Of a stretch of DNA of 64,000 bases, positions 50,303-64,000 are shown one piece after another. Source of the DNA: Takakia lepidozioides. Its lineage: Eukaryota; Plantae; Bryophyta. Both the position numbers and the translations under genes were made by a program. Below the pieces are notes generated by a model. The model saw only the letters and a program-made list of their open reading frames with translations, searched no databases and was not told the DNA's origin. Location: positions 57,164,001 to 57,228,000 of the forward strand of contig CM060732.1 of the NCBI GenBank assembly GCA_030704615.1, read 5' to 3'. The number at the start of each line of letters is the position of its first letter. The first letter of the stretch is position 1.

Positions 50303-52554
50303 TCCATGCAGAAGCTCGTGTCAGTGACATGTACTTGTTTCCCAGCTATTCTCAGAAGTCCCTAAATCTTAGAGAGGAAGGTACTAGGGTTGCCTTCTCG
50401 CTTTTCCGGGTTCCACTCATTGACTTCTCAAAGCAATGTAGAGACATTGCACTGCAAGCCAAAAACGATTTTCTTTTTACAACCACGGTGGTTTGTCACT
50501 TTCTCATACTGGTAGGATCCACTTATTGACTTATCTAAGTATTATAGAGAGATTGCAGTGTGAGCAACAATGCACACACTGTGTTTGTAGGGAAGATCAT
50601 CTCATAAACTATCAAGTTCAGAAATGCCCAGTAGTGCATTAGAAACTTCAGCCTGAAACTTCCATGCTCCCACACAGCAAATGACTATCTGCTAGCACTC
50701 ATATTGTGCCCTCCACCTTGCCATATGCAGCTGTCACCAGAAGGAAAGAGACACAGTGCAGTTGTACAAATAAGGCAAAGGATAAACAAGAGTAAGAGAG
50801 GGTACCATTGGTGCTAGTTCCTGCACTTGAAAGATCTCTCGAGTATAATAGACCCTCGCCCTTCCTTCCACCTGGGTTCACCTGCATGTCACTACAAATT
50901 TCGTGACATCCTTTCTCTTCCTGCCTCTGCCCATGCCTCCCCTACACCTGAATTCATAATTGCTCATCATTTGTTGTCTGCAGTAATTTCCACCCATCTC
51001 AAAACTACAGACACAGGGGTGGGGAGATTTACCCTTCTTGCACTGCTGACCTCTGAAGTAAAGATCGAAGGACCACCAGTATCCCCTTACTGTCAAAAAG
51101 AGCGGGAACAGTAGAGAATGGAGGAGTCTACATCAATGTCGTGAAGCAAACTATGAAAGAACACTAGGGCATACAAATGCGGAAGATAGCAGACATGACT
51201 TGAGAAGAGTGACGGTTATGTGCCTGCCTGCCATGGCCTTCGTCCAGCTCCTATCAACTGTAACAACCTAGGCACTTGAAACGTTTGAGTACTCTTCCTC
51301 ATGTCTTCACCAACACTGTGGTCTTACGATGGCCAATCACACCCCAACACACACACACCCATAAGAGAGAACGCTCGTTCTTAACCTAACTCTAAATGCT
51401 TACGAAACCCCCCAGACATTTAGACCTCAGCTACTTGCGCATATTACGTACGTGCTTCTAATTATGCCTTCCATCACTCAAAAAGAACTCTACCAGGAGG
51501 TTTCGTTTCGTTCCACTTTGACTCTCTACAACAGCATCGTCAGGGAGGAGGACAGCTTCTGTAGGGGTCACATTCCTTCGACTTTTCATTCGACTTTTCC
51601 TTCGACTTTTCACTACCAATGACAGTAGAACCTCGACAGCTCTACTCCCATGTTCGAATTCCCCCCTTCTTTTACATGCATCGAAGGCCAATGCCGCCAT
51701 AGTCAAAGAATTGAGTGATACTCACAGCGAAAGAATCCTTCAACGACGTGCAGCATTGCCAAAAACAGCTTCCAATCCCTGCAAGTTGGCCGCAGTACAG
51801 ACAGGCGAGTAGTATCATCAATCCTCCCAATTGTACTGGCCTTAGATCAAATATTGCACGCAAACAAGCATCTCACCCTCCCCCATTGTCACACAGCACT
51901 GCATTTCCCTACTACGCTAAAATACACTCCTCCTATTCTAGCCAAGCTTGTAGCCAATTTCCCGGTAACTGCTCTGTAACCCTTTGAGACAGTTTCTATT
52001 TTCCGCTGTCCAGCTTCACAAGCTTTAATGTTCGCAAGATATGATGCCACCTTATATCCAACACGCCCTTTATTTGCATGGAGGACGAAACGGAGATGAA
52101 AGATATATGAGTATGTGCAGCGAGGCAACTTGAGATGTATAGTGTATGTGTGCTTCATCCGTGTTATGGGTTTTCCTATACTCAGGATCAACGTTGTATT
52201 CGCTGACCTCAATTTTGCACTATTTGCTCTCGGGTTTGTTGGAACAATCACAACAGGTTGGTGGATAATTGATAGCTCATGACAAGTAGGACGTGCAAGG
52301 CTTTGTCTGAGGGAAGCGATGTAGTGTTTCCTAATTGTGTGTCAGTTGCTTGAAGAATGACCAGTTGCTTGAAGAATGACAAATTTTCTCCTTTCTATCA
52401 AACAGGCAACAGTGGTTGTGGCTGGTGGTATCAGTAGCTTGTTGTCCTCACCAGGGCATGAAAGTAGTTTGGCCCCAGTTATTTCCAAGCTGCTTGTAAG
52501 CTTTGGTGGTTGTAGTCTGGTTTCAGTATGGCTGATAAGCTGCAAGCTCTTTTG

Positions 52555-52745
52555 GTTAACACTGAGAAGTTTAGAATCACCAGACTTTAGACATAGGCCA
52601 CAAAGGAAGTCCTTTTGATTGAGGTCTTGGTTAATCCCCAACTGGGCAAATGCAGAGATAGCTGCCATGACACAACAATCTGGTCATGGTTCTAATCGCA
52701 ATGTCCACTGTGGAGCTCCAGGCCTGGAGGGTGAGGGGGACACAC
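52555..52745. repeat. Second copy of the ~190-bp duplicated segment
   Basis: See 47154-47340. Confidence 0.9.
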
Positions 52746-54964
52746 AATTGGATTGATTTTTAATCTCAAGTTCTGAAGTGCTGAATTGATGTGTCTTCTT
52801 CATCTTTCCCCTGTCTGTTTGTGTTCTATTCTTTCTCATCCCTTACCAGATTCTTCAGAGGAGTATTCACCAAGGAAGGGTAATGATAGACTTGCCAGTG
52901 AGAGCTAATACTGAGTGAACATTACCACTGAGTTGACTGTAATCGCTGTGCAGCTGCGCGAGTCCAAAGGAATGACTTATAGCTTCCCAACTAGAAACAT
53001 GTCCAAGCTGTCTTCACATCACTTCTGAGTACCAGTGTCACAATGTTAGTATATTGCTTGCATATTATGTGGCCACAAGGATTTCAAATCATGGTTTACC
53101 TGCCGCACACAGACATCTCCATAGCGGTTCTTTTTTAATTCCTTCATCTCCGCATCAGAAGTCTTATGCCTCAATTCCTTTGGCTGAAATTGGAAGGATG
53201 CTACAGATCCATCCAATGAGCAGCAAAACAACGTGTAACCGTCTGGGCTCCTGGTACCAAGCACAATACATGAGTTCATCCTAACAGATTGATCGTGACT
53301 GCGTAGATATACACCCAGAAATGAGACCTAAGGAGGGCCACAGATTGTCTTGAGCTTCTCAATCTGAAAAAAGGCAGTGGCAGAGTGGTTCATGCTTGTA
53401 AGAAAACTGTCCACAAGAGTTTTACAATATATCAGACAATGTTCCCTTCACTCATAATCAGGCCCACAGATCGAACATGTGGGTGCCCTTTTCCAAGCTG
53501 GCTTGACTTACTGTTCAGAGGTAGGCAACTACTCTTAGTTTCAGCTTCACCCAAGTGCCCAGCATAGGGAGGTCCTTTGGTGTCACTTGTCTCTCAAAGG
53601 TGGAGAAGAAGCTCAAGTGTAATTTACGCGAGGCTTCAGCACAATCACTTTTAGCGACATTGACTTGTGTACTACTGTGGGCTTCAGACTCCTCCACTGA
53701 TCTCTTTCAAAGGTCTGCCCTTGAGGAATTCAACGAGTTGGAATCTTTTTCTACCCTCTTCCCCCACAACTGTGCCTGTTTGATTGCTTCCAAGGGACGG
53801 TGTCTGTCCATTTGAGCCCAATGTTCACAGGAGATCCAGTCACCTGTAAAGAGCCTATCGCCAGAGGAGAAATCAACAACCAGCGTACCAGGAGAAGTCA
53901 GCCAGACTTTGGGTGAAAAAATGTTTTCCGATGAATATCGGGCGGGGGCTCCCTGTTGTCCAGACAGAGACGTGGCAGTCTTGGCTTCCAATTGCTATCA
54001 CATTGTAAGGCAAACCATCTCTTGACTTTGAAGAGGCACCATTTGCCGCCGCCGCTCCCTTCCCATCCCCCCCCCTTCAGGAGCACTCCGACATGCCTGC
54101 TTCAGAGTTACAACTTTGCATGTCAATGAGCTCCGCTTGAGTAGCTAGCAAGATCTGATCTGCATCATTACACATCAATGATACAGCTATACAGTACATG
54201 GATGACCATTGTGATAGTCGTGGGATGGAAGCACACCTGCTTCCGGAACATTGAATGATTGAACCGGACGGCCACGACAGGTATGGAAAGCCTAATTGGG
54301 TTCTGTGCTTATCACAATATGTTTGAGATTAATGGAAAGTCTGAAAGATGCTAAAGACTGTTGTAGTCGTGGAGGTTTCTATGATACTGCAATTCCTCTC
54401 TCAGAGTAGGAGTCTCCCACTCTGTACCTCTCCATGCGCGAAGAACTTAGTCTCAAATGGTTGTGGGATCTGAGATTCTCATCATCTTTGTGGACTCGAT
54501 CTTGACCAGCAAGGTGAGAGGCACATTATATCTGTTGCATTTACCGTTTTTTCCCAAGGCCCTTCGATTCTCTGCACCATGGCCCATGTGCTTGTTCGCC
54601 AAATAATCACAGTCTCGTCGTCAGATTGAGTTGCTAGCTAGAAATGATCCAATGGGGTCCCATGCCAAACCCTTCACAAGGCTGCAATGGCCAGACAGGA
54701 CTGCTACTGGTGAGCCATCGGTAGCCTGCCACACAAGGACAGTGTTGTCGAGGCTACAGCTTGCAAGAAGGGAATCATCTGGGGACCACCCAAGATCCAC
54801 CTACCTCAACAAATGATGACAAGACAGCCAACCAAACACATATTAGCATGCACCTGTCCAACAACACTTAATGAGACCATTGAATTATCGACTAAAGAGT
54901 TCATGATTGTGCATAGGAAGAGTACAACATATTACCCACAGGTAATGGGCAGGCAGAGGCTAAG

Positions 54965-55115
54965 TATACACCATTCCAATTAGTTTATGGTATGGAAGCT
55001 TTACTTCCAGTGGAATTCCTGTTACCTACCATGAGAACGGAATGGGGAAAGAGAATGGAATTGCAAGATTCCATTAAGGTCAGGAAACATGAATTATACC
55101 ATGTGGAAGATACTT
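54965..55115 (+). mobile_element. Ty3/gypsy integrase fragment
   Basis: TPFQLVYGMEALLPVEF matches the TPF.LVYG.EA.LP.E motif at the end of the gypsy integrase core. Confidence 0.7.
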
Positions 55116-55579
55116 TACGTGTCATAGGAACTAGCAACTATAAGTATGTATAAGGCAGCAACCATAGGGGGTGTCCATAGAGGATAATGGCCCCAAATGA
55201 TTACAACTTCTCTCATGATATGATACTTTTCCAATAATCGCCGTACTGTGAAGAGATAGAAACACTCGGGAGAATTCAATCGCATCAACAACTGTTACTC
55301 GAGGTAATCAAGCAGCAAAGTAACCAAGAAGTCAATTCGGTATAGATGCCTCACGTGACCTTAGGAAGACCAGTAATATTGGTTTGCTAGTGATTATTGT
55401 GATGAAGTATCTGAATTCCAGCTCCTGGACCTTCCTCATCAACCTGCAGGCATAAGAATTACCTTCTAAGTAGGTTACAATAAACCATTCTCTTTTTCTA
55501 TTTCACAATGGCACTTCCACATGTAGTGCCTTGACCTTATTAGTACCTGAGATATTTGTATCTTTGATGTTGTATTCAG

Positions 55580-55849
55580 GTACGAATATGGGACATGGAA
55601 TCACTGGAGGGAAGGGTCAGAGGTGTCTGGTCAAAAACTCCTGGCTACTCTTGAGGATCACTTTGGATCAGTGAATTGCGTCCGATGGGCAAACGGGGCG
55701 GGCTCATAGCCTCTGGGTCTGATGATCAAATAGTATTTGTCCATGAGAGAAGGTCCGGTTCAGGAACCACAGTATTTGGGAGTGGGGAGGTCCCAGATGT
55801 GGAGAATTGGAAGGTGCTGTTGACTTTGCGTGGGCACACTGCTGATGTG
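55580..55849 (+). pseudogene. HIRA: HIRA exon 2 on the opposite strand
   Basis: CAG|VRIWDM...[18 protein letters not shown]...ASGSDDQ...[19 protein letters not shown]...LRGHTADV|GTATGT; two frameshifts. Confidence 0.92.
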
Positions 55850-58274
55850 GTATGTTCCAAGCGACTTCCACACTTTATTTTAAGCACCTTAGCCTATAGT
55901 TTGACTACTATAAGATACCAAATCATCGCTCACTCTGCTCGATTTCCTACTTATATTTTCAAAATGGACATTCATTGGACAGACTTGGTCTATTTCATGG
56001 CAGTTTTGCTTCAACAGAGATCCAAGTTTTGGGTTCCTCTCTCTCCTTCTCCCTTCCTTCCTCACAAGTGAACAGCTGTTGCATGACAATGCTATAGTGG
56101 TTTGACAATATGGCAGGGGGGTCTAGGCTTCTTGGTCCATGTTGATAGATAGTAGGCCAGTAGAAGAAACTCTCTAGATCATTTCAACATTCTCACAACA
56201 AAAGTTTTCTTCTCACTGGCTGAATAGTGCATGTCAGGGGACTGAGTTTAAAGGCATTGGTCTCTCTAGCTGGTGAGAAGCATCTAGATGGAATGGCTCG
56301 ATGCAGATCATGTCATCCCACAAGGAGAGGTCGATATTAAAAATAAATAAAGTCAAGTTCTGGAACATTTTGATACAGATGTAAGGTCATAACACTGATG
56401 CCTCCTTCCAACTTGTAAAACCCTAGAAGCTTTTCGAAATTGTACTGCACTCCCCCCTGAGGTGTAAATTACAACTTTTGTTTCTCCATGCAACCAAGCT
56501 CCTCCCGATGGAGAAATTCAAATATTCAGCAAACCACAAAGCGCCTTTGCATGGAGGCGAGCTGAGAGCACATTTTACTATTGCATTGAATGCAGTAAGA
56601 TTATCGTGCAGACATGCAGCCGGGGAGAAGGAGAGACATGCCTTAGGATCGCCCCCAGCAGTCGCAAAACGAAGACCATTGGGCTCGATGTCAAGAGAGA
56701 AAATCTGTAGGCCCCCATGGCGTAGCCACATGGGCTTCTCCACTATCATTCTGATTCTTCTTCAAACTCTCTCAGTGCCGCCCACCGCCCTGTCCACAAG
56801 TGGGCAGTGCCGCATAGAAATTCTGCGTGAAATATGCGTGAGGAAGCTCTGACCATAGATACAAGATACAAAGAAAAAAACAGACATAGGACACAAAGTG
56901 TGCGTCCCTGCCGAGACTGGGAAAAAGGGGTGCCGGCTCAAAGAGATGTATATATATCACACTTTTCTTTTTATGAAATAGGGAAAGACGCTTGAAAAAG
57001 GTAGCAGGAAGGGGGATTATCAATTACTTCAAAAAATAAGAGACGTTGGCTGCTCGAGTGGATGGGGGACAGAACACATGTAGAAGAGAAATACGAAGGA
57101 TGCTCTTTCCATCAAACCTGACTTACGGCAGGGACGCAATGCTATTGCGATAGGCCAATAGGAACACGACCCACAGGAGAACACTAATACAAAATTGCAA
57201 ATTTGTAACCCAAGGCACTGTATCTGCCACAGAAAAGCAAAGAAACGCACTTGATATTGATTTATCCTCAGACACAACCCTAGCTCAGAACCCAGCAGAC
57301 TTAGCTCTCCAATTCTTACATGAGCAATGATAGACCTTATCCCCTCTTTCTTTGCCAACCCTTCTCAGCTCGTGTTTGAGGAATATCAGTTCGGCTGCTG
57401 CACAGGACTGCACCACTGTCAATGAGAAAAAACGTTTGGACCTACTAGCGCAACAGTCAGACTTGAGGTGCTCATCTCCATGTCGAATAGTGAGTAAGAT
57501 CTTAACCCTAAATGTCACCAAGGACCCACACTATGAGTTGCTTCCTTTTGTGTATTCGAATATCTTGCCAATATACCAACATGCTGTGCATTTTACGTTT
57601 CAAAACATGTGATCGGGACTGCTAGGATGGAAATCAACTCTCTAAAAGATGTTGGACAATGCCTCATCGGAGTCTGGTTTGACTGTGTATCTGTCATGTG
57701 TGATATGGGTCAGGTTACACGGACAGTATGTTTTATGGCAGCTGCGAACTCGTGTGTTTGTCACGGTTGTGCTTTCAACTTTGCATGAACAACTTGATTC
57801 TTGAGATTTCTAAGTGCAAACTCATAACGTGAAATGCTGGACGGTGTAAAGCTCAAGCCGCGTTTAAGGCTGAGATGCTCTTCGCCTGCAGGTATAGTCG
57901 TTTGGGGGGCGACAACACAAGAGACAGAGCTCATCTTTCTGCTCTTCCCTGATGTCACACCCATTTCTTTGTCTAATGTTATTCAGGCAGTTGGATGGGA
58001 TGATCATTTGGTTTGATTAGCTTGATATGCTCTCTTTTTCATTTCTTTATGTTAACTCTTCCCTTGCTATGCTATGGGAACTTTCCATACTTTGTACAGT
58101 ACCTCGTGTCCGTTTGTAAATAAAAGCTTTGCAGGGTTTCATCACTATGCTAAAGAGAACCGAAAACTCTATGAGGATTAACACACATTCCAAAAATTCA
58201 TTCCTGTTCACCACTGTCACTCACACATACATATGTACACCAAAAGATCGTCCTTCCCCTCATAGAGGAAGACT

Positions 58275-59437
58275 ATTTTTTATTTTTTAAATTTTTTGGA
58301 GAACAGGGGATTGAGGCCCTGGATCAAATTTATTTCAAAAAAAGAAGGGATGAACAAAGGAGGAAAAAATAACCTCCGAGGAGAGCAGTGAAGGTGAAAC
58401 CCACGGGGTACACCCAGTATCTCAAAGGGAGGGGGGAGAATAGGTGGCAAGCCACACTAAACCCGGACCTAGTGCATAAGGAGGAGACAGGGAGAATCTA
58501 GCTAAGAAACAATTAGAGAAAATGTGCTGAGACCAGTCTTGGGCATAAAGCCACTTAGCATGAAGGTGGCCAGGGAGTGAACAGGGAGCCACTACCAGTA
58601 TTCTGCTCCTAGGCCCCAAAGTCCAACTGAACTTTTGATTTGTAACTGCTGAGTTTCTTATGACGCGAATTGATGTCTAGTGCCTCAGACTCAGCTACCG
58701 ATTTGCCAATCCTTGGGCAAATTGTAATTCCGAGTGATTCGAGTGTCAGAGATCTTGGAGCAGAGGATGTCATCTTTAGCTCAGGTGATGTCGAAGTCCG
58801 AGAACAGCTGTTGTCTCCTCCCTTCGCTTCTGCTGGAAGTTGCAAGCAACAGCAACCACGCCTTGCAGTGGCCCTCGGTCATCAGGTCCGCATAAATTTT
58901 GCAGAGAATAGCTCTGATGCTGGGGCGCGTTCCCTCAAAGACCAGTGTGCACCTAGTTTTCCAGATCGACCAAAGAGAGTAAGCTCGTAAATTAGCCTAT
59001 ATTGGACAAGCATTCCAAGAGGACCCATTCTGCAAATTGAGGAGCAGCAGGTGGTCAGAGATGGGCGGCAGGGCCCTCCATCTAGAGTAAAAGGCAATGA
59101 CATATCTCCATATCCTGGAGGCGGTCTGGCAATGAAGGAGACAGTGCTCAATTGTCTCATAAAACCCTCCTTGGCAAATCAAATGGTATGGATCAAGGTC
59201 TGGGATGGTTATGGCCACTGGGAGAATCCTATTAGCCAATTTCCACAGAAAAGCACTGACTTTGGCCGATTGGTGCTTGGCCCATGTGTCCTTCCATATA
59301 CTATTCCATCCCTGGCTGGTCATGTCAATGTTCCATTTTGCATTCCACTTACCAGTAAAGCAGGAGCCGCCTAACAGGAGAATGTACCCAATTTTGACCT
59401 TATTATAACCAAGAAGAGGGGTTTTGTCTCTATCCTT
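58275..59437 (-). mobile_element. LINE 3' portion (RT zinc-binding region, 3' UTR, A-rich tail)
   Basis: WNSIWKDTW...KVSAFLWKLANRILPV...LICQGGFYETIEHCLLHCQTASRIW (zf-RVT-like); A-rich tail at ~58275-58297; cut at 59437 by CACTA. Confidence 0.85.
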
Positions 59438-62400
59438 CACTAGAAGAGAAACCGGCTTTTTCCACGGCTCTTTTCACACTTTTTGCCGTGGAATCCGCCC
59501 CAGTCCACACCTGCCGTGGGTGTAAGAAACGACTAGTGCTTTTGGACACCCCGTGGACGGCCTGGCTCTCGGGTGGCCCTGTGGAAAAGTCCACGGGTGG
59601 CCTTTTTCACGGGGTTCATGGCTTTTTCCACGGGCGACGTGTGCTTTGGTGAACACCGCAACGTGGATCCTAGATGTACAAAGGTGTGGACTTGTCCACA
59701 CCTACGGGAAAACCATGCGACAACCTGTCACCAGGGTTTGACAACATTTGGGCAACGGTGTGTGCAACACGTGTATTTTTGTGAGGATGACACGTGTATG
59801 GACATGAAGAGGCGTTGTGCACGTATGTGGAGCGGACATCTGGCGTGGCATGTGGGTGTGAAAAAAGCCATTCGGTGTGAGACCATCCACTGGCTGTTTT
59901 CACAGCTTCAGCAAGTTTGGAGGCCATGTGTTCTTTGGCAAACACCGCCACATGGATCCTAAACGTACAAAGGGTGTGGACTTGTCCACACCTACGGAAA
60001 AATGATGCGACACCCTGTCACCTGGGCTTGACGACATGTGGGCAACGGTATGGGCAACACGTGTATTGTGGAGAGGACGGCACGTGGCGTAATCTGCATG
60101 GAGTGGGTGTGTAGTATTTTACTGCCTATACTGTAGGTCATTCCACATAGCTGTGGAGCATACCATAGTGGGTGTGAAATATTCTACTGCTGATGTTGTA
60201 GGTCATTCCACAAAAATATGGAGGATGCCACAGGCAAGCTGCGGTTGATTTCACATATTTGTGACGTCATGGTGTGCACAATTAATCCACATGCATCATG
60301 ATCATATCACAAATCGTGATACTGTCCACACTGTCAGTTTCACAGTCCATGTGAAATATGACTCATATACATAAACACAATTCCAAAGCACCACGGCAAC
60401 AACCTGCTCATGACATGTACAATTGACTAAGCATGGCCAGAACAACAGAAAGAATGACCAGATGCAAGGGTGCTTCAAAGTTGGGTACGCCCTTCATTGC
60501 CCAAATACAGTTTAGTCTGAACATGCAAGTATTGCAGAGTCTGCAATGTTGATCACAACCCCACAATGTACCCAAATCCTACATTGATGCGCAAAATCAC
60601 GAAGAAAAGGTGAAATCGATATGAAGTGGCGTTCAGTCAAAATTGCCTTCAAACTAAGGATCCCCCACAACCTCATGTTCGGGTGAGTTTGAGGAACTTG
60701 GCAGACCACAGGGCCGTGCTGCCTACAGTGTCACTGAGCATCACAACGGGAGGCCTAACATCATTGTTGGGGTATGGTAGAGCAACATCTGCCCCATGTA
60801 CTGCTTCAACCGAGACAACATGATAATCGGCATGAATGACATAAGTCTGCCAGTCAGTCGACATGCCCAATATATGGCCCACGCCTGCCTTCCGTTTGGG
60901 TGCATTGGGGTCAAACATTGTGATATTGTCACCAACCTGAAACTGGAACAGCCAACACCACCAATGTGTGCCCTTGTCATTTGTTATGCACATGAAACAG
61001 TTATGGACAGGGAAAACGCGAGATGTCATCATATAGCCCTGCAAACAAAATACGGATGTACTTCCACGAAGGGAAACTTACAACAGGAGCCGGCGCTTTG
61101 AAGCTTCCCATACGGCTCCCATCAACGTTGCTGGCAGCAAGTCTTGCGGACTTCTTGGTCATCTTCACCGCAACAATTTCCTTTGGTGGCTTCTGAATCA
61201 ATAGAAACCCACACATGTACACAGAATTCATGAACGGCCTGCAGGTATTGCATAATCGACTCGGAACAGCACAAGAATATAGGAACACGAGTACTTACCT
61301 TCCGAACAACGGCCAATTTTGTTGTTGAATCAATGTTCTTCCCTGCCCCAACAATAACCACTCATGTGCCCTTAGCCCGTGCCCCTACGTCTTGGGCACT
61401 CTGTCTAAGTTCACTGCCGGTGTGATCCTCCACTACAGGCACTCCCTTCTCAATAAGGGGGGATAGGTCATCATTGGCACCATAATTAAGGCAAGGATCG
61501 TCACATGCCATGTTCTGAACTTTGTCCTCACCTGTGGCATCTTCTTCCACAATACTGCCCCCTTTCCTTTGTCCACTGCCTCCACTGCTAGGAGGCTGCT
61601 CACCTGTACTTGTCATTTCCACAGTAGCCGCAGGTGGGACAACACCATGAACAGGGGGCGACAACTCACCCACAATGTTTGATGCTGATGGAGATTCATC
61701 CCTCGGCAGGTCCAAACCGTGCTTCGCTGCCAATGCCATGTTGAACTTCTCTGTTTTAGATACTGCAGCGGCAAACATGGATTTCACTACTTGCAAGTCC
61801 AATTTGTGCTCCGTTGAGCTGGCCTCCATTGTATGTTTCCATCCTTCCAAGCCATCAAGCCGAGAAGCCAATGCTCCAAGGCCCTGCCACAAATAGAGTG
61901 CAAATACGATTCAATACATCAATCGCACTAGCCATGCGAGGTAATTTATTGGCATATGTACAAGAAGGCAAAACCATAAATAATTGACAAGCACATCATT
62001 GCAACAAATGCAAGTGGGTTAGTTACTTACAGAACGGGTGGCCCCTGCTGAATCAGAACCATACCCCTTGTTGCTATTCTTGCTCCCCGAAATTTCGGAT
62101 AGAAGTGGAGGACGACCATTTGTCTTAGCCTATACATGGACAGGATATGGGAATATTAGTGCCATCCTCTAAGAGTAAGATACAAATTACAAGACACCTC
62201 GCTACCTGAATATATTGGCAATGTCATGAGACAGGCAGATTTACCAGACGTTCCTCAACGCCGATAAGGCCACTGCGTCCAGATCTCGAAGGGGCACCAA
62301 CATGCCCCCGTGCATGCTTGCCATTATCACGACTCTTTTGCCATTCGGGCGTGTTCCAATGCCTCACTAATTATGCCCAAGTCTTGTCCGCAACATAGTG

Positions 62401-64000
62401 GGGCTTAGGTTTGCCACGGGAGTACACTTTTCTAAACAGTTTGATGCGCTGGTATTTAATGACGCCTCCAATCTCAGTTCGAAGTTGGGGGCCAGTTATC
62501 CCAGGAGGTAAATATTCCCAATCATCTGCTAATAGTTCACCCACCTCATCAATCAGACTTTGAGGTTGAAGATGGATGGGCACAGAACAGTCCAGCACAC
62601 GTTGGCATTGCCCTCGCAGGGCTGCCAGCCAGTCATTCCGTGCATCCCCGCATGGGCCCTTTTTGCCACAGGCAACTATGAATCTCTTTTGCCTAGCAGC
62701 CACATTTGCACAAGCTGTTTCCTTCAACCCTTTCCGTGCTACTCTCCTCGCCTTGCGCAAAAAATTGGCTTTGTCCTTGCCAGTCAAATGTTGCGCATCT
62801 GGAGTCATATTGGAATCACGGGCCTCCTCTCCTCCCTCACAACCTGCAACATGGGGCCCTGCGGGCGGACATGAACCCTGCCACGCACCAACGTGGGGTG
62901 TGGGGTGGACAAGAACATAACCTGTGCTCGGAGCTGGTGAGCTTGGGAATTGAAGAGGCCGCGAAGCGGTGCAATTGGGTGAAGCTGTGGGCTGCCTGGA
63001 ATAAGGGCCATGCAGCGGCGCACTATACATGGGGCTTCTGGGATACGTTGCCTGGGGAGGATACGCAGGGGGGGGAGGGTTGGGGTGAGGGTACCACACA
63101 CCTTCGTGGTAGTGCCCATGCTGAACAGGAGCATGTTGTGCTTCCCCAGTTTGCGGAAATGCCCCACACGGAACTGCAGGACTACTTGGACCTGCACATG
63201 ACCGGTTCTCCCCTGACGGGCTGTTTGCATTGTAGGACTGAGAAAAGGGCGGGTGAATTTCAGGGGCGGCTGGAACATGAGCAGTATGTTGTTGATACTG
63301 TGCATACCTCTGAATGCCAGGGGGATAAAACACACCAGTGTTAGGTGGAAAGGAGGGAGGGCCTCTTCCATCCGGGGTTGGTTGAAGACGTGGGGAGGGA
63401 TGGTTGAAGACACCTGCCGGAGCAACCCCCTTCTTCTTTCTCACTGCATCCTGCAAATCAACATGTGGGAAAGAGTTATGTAGGAAGATAAAGCATGAAC
63501 ATCATGTAGGATACATCAACAAAAAACGCGCTCTATAATATACATACACTGAATGCAGCAGAAATCGCATCCAAAATGCATTTAGGTCTAATCCATTGAA
63601 CACGCCAAACGTCACTGGGGAAGTCCTCCTTGTATGTTTCGACCCTCTTTGGGGGTTCTTTGGGGAATCCCTTGTAGGCACAATCTGGCCCCGATGACCA
63701 TCGTACATATCAATGAGAGTACAATATGATAATGGCTGATAATGGCTTCACATATTATCAACATATGACAATAGAGGGGGCAGGAAGATGGGGGAGGAAG
63801 AGTCGTGAGCGCCCCCTCTCGGACATGGCTGGCTGATGAGGTGGTTAGCATCGTGCTCCTGGGGGTTCCTCCTCTCCCACTACAATTTCTTTCTTGTCTA
63901 GACATGACACCACAATATGCAGCCCCCTACCTGTCCAGGTCTCTCCCTCCCACAACCCCCTTTGCAATTTTTGGGTATTAAGACAGGCTATCACAAGTTT
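59438..64000 (-). mobile_element. CACTA (En/Spm) transposon, 3' end; continues past the window
   Basis: Terminus CACTAGAAGAGAAACCGG at 59438, dense CCACGG/CCGTGG subterminal repeats, ~160-bp direct repeats (59639-59797, 59927-60086) and TnpA-like exons. Confidence 0.88.
60673..63456 (-). pseudogene. CACTA ORF2 (TnpA-like), spliced, with an in-frame stop
   Basis: Pro-rich region, then KPHYVADKTWA*LVRHWNTPEWQKSRDNGKHARG (Ptta/En/Spm-like; TAA at 62371-62373) and C-terminal VSVEAVHGADVALPYPNND...LSDTVGSTALW (Tnp1/En/Spm-like). Confidence 0.7.

Larger units (their letters stand above)
53090..56749 (-). pseudogene. HIRA: HIRA (histone H3.3 chaperone) WD40 pseudogene with inverted exon 2
   Basis: Exon 1 (-) 56749-56642 [11 protein letters not shown]...FATAGGDPK; exon 2 (+) 55580-55849; exon 3 (-) 54800-54545 [14 protein letters not shown]...[10 protein letters not shown]; later fragments PVVAVRFNHSMFRK (~54290-54237) and [16 protein letters not shown]...KKNRYGD (~53250-53100). 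Several frameshifts. Confidence 0.92.

Noticed and set aside
58610-58996. 106-aa plus-strand ORF or insertion inside the LINE
   Set aside because: No TIR, TSD or recognisable domain.
59460-60230. CRISPR-like array
   Set aside because: Eukaryotic context, irregular spacing and both orientations; these are CACTA subterminal repeats.

Overview
Eukaryotic nuclear DNA from a land plant, probably seed-free (bryophyte, lycophyte or fern; inferred from PPR style and hAT type). Four recognisable minus-strand protein genes: a 3-exon 3-ketoacyl-CoA synthase (KCS), a multi-exon ASHR3/SDG4-like PHD-AWS-SET histone methyltransferase with one U12-type and one GC-AG intron, a mid-SUN (SUN3/4/5-like) protein, and an intronless PLS-class PPR gene whose DYW domain has decayed. 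Also present are two more PPR pseudogene fragments and a frameshifted HIRA pseudogene whose second exon is inverted. The rest is a transposon mosaic: tRNA-derived SINEs, LINE 3' ends, a degenerate hAT transposase, a Tourist MITE, a Tc1/mariner-like MITE, and a CACTA element inserted in a LINE. The most unusual signal is two related non-autonomous elements bounded by TTAA|CCC...GGG|TTAA with a shared subterminal palindrome, a piggyBac-like signature seldom reported in land plants. All calls are by eye; no database searches were run.
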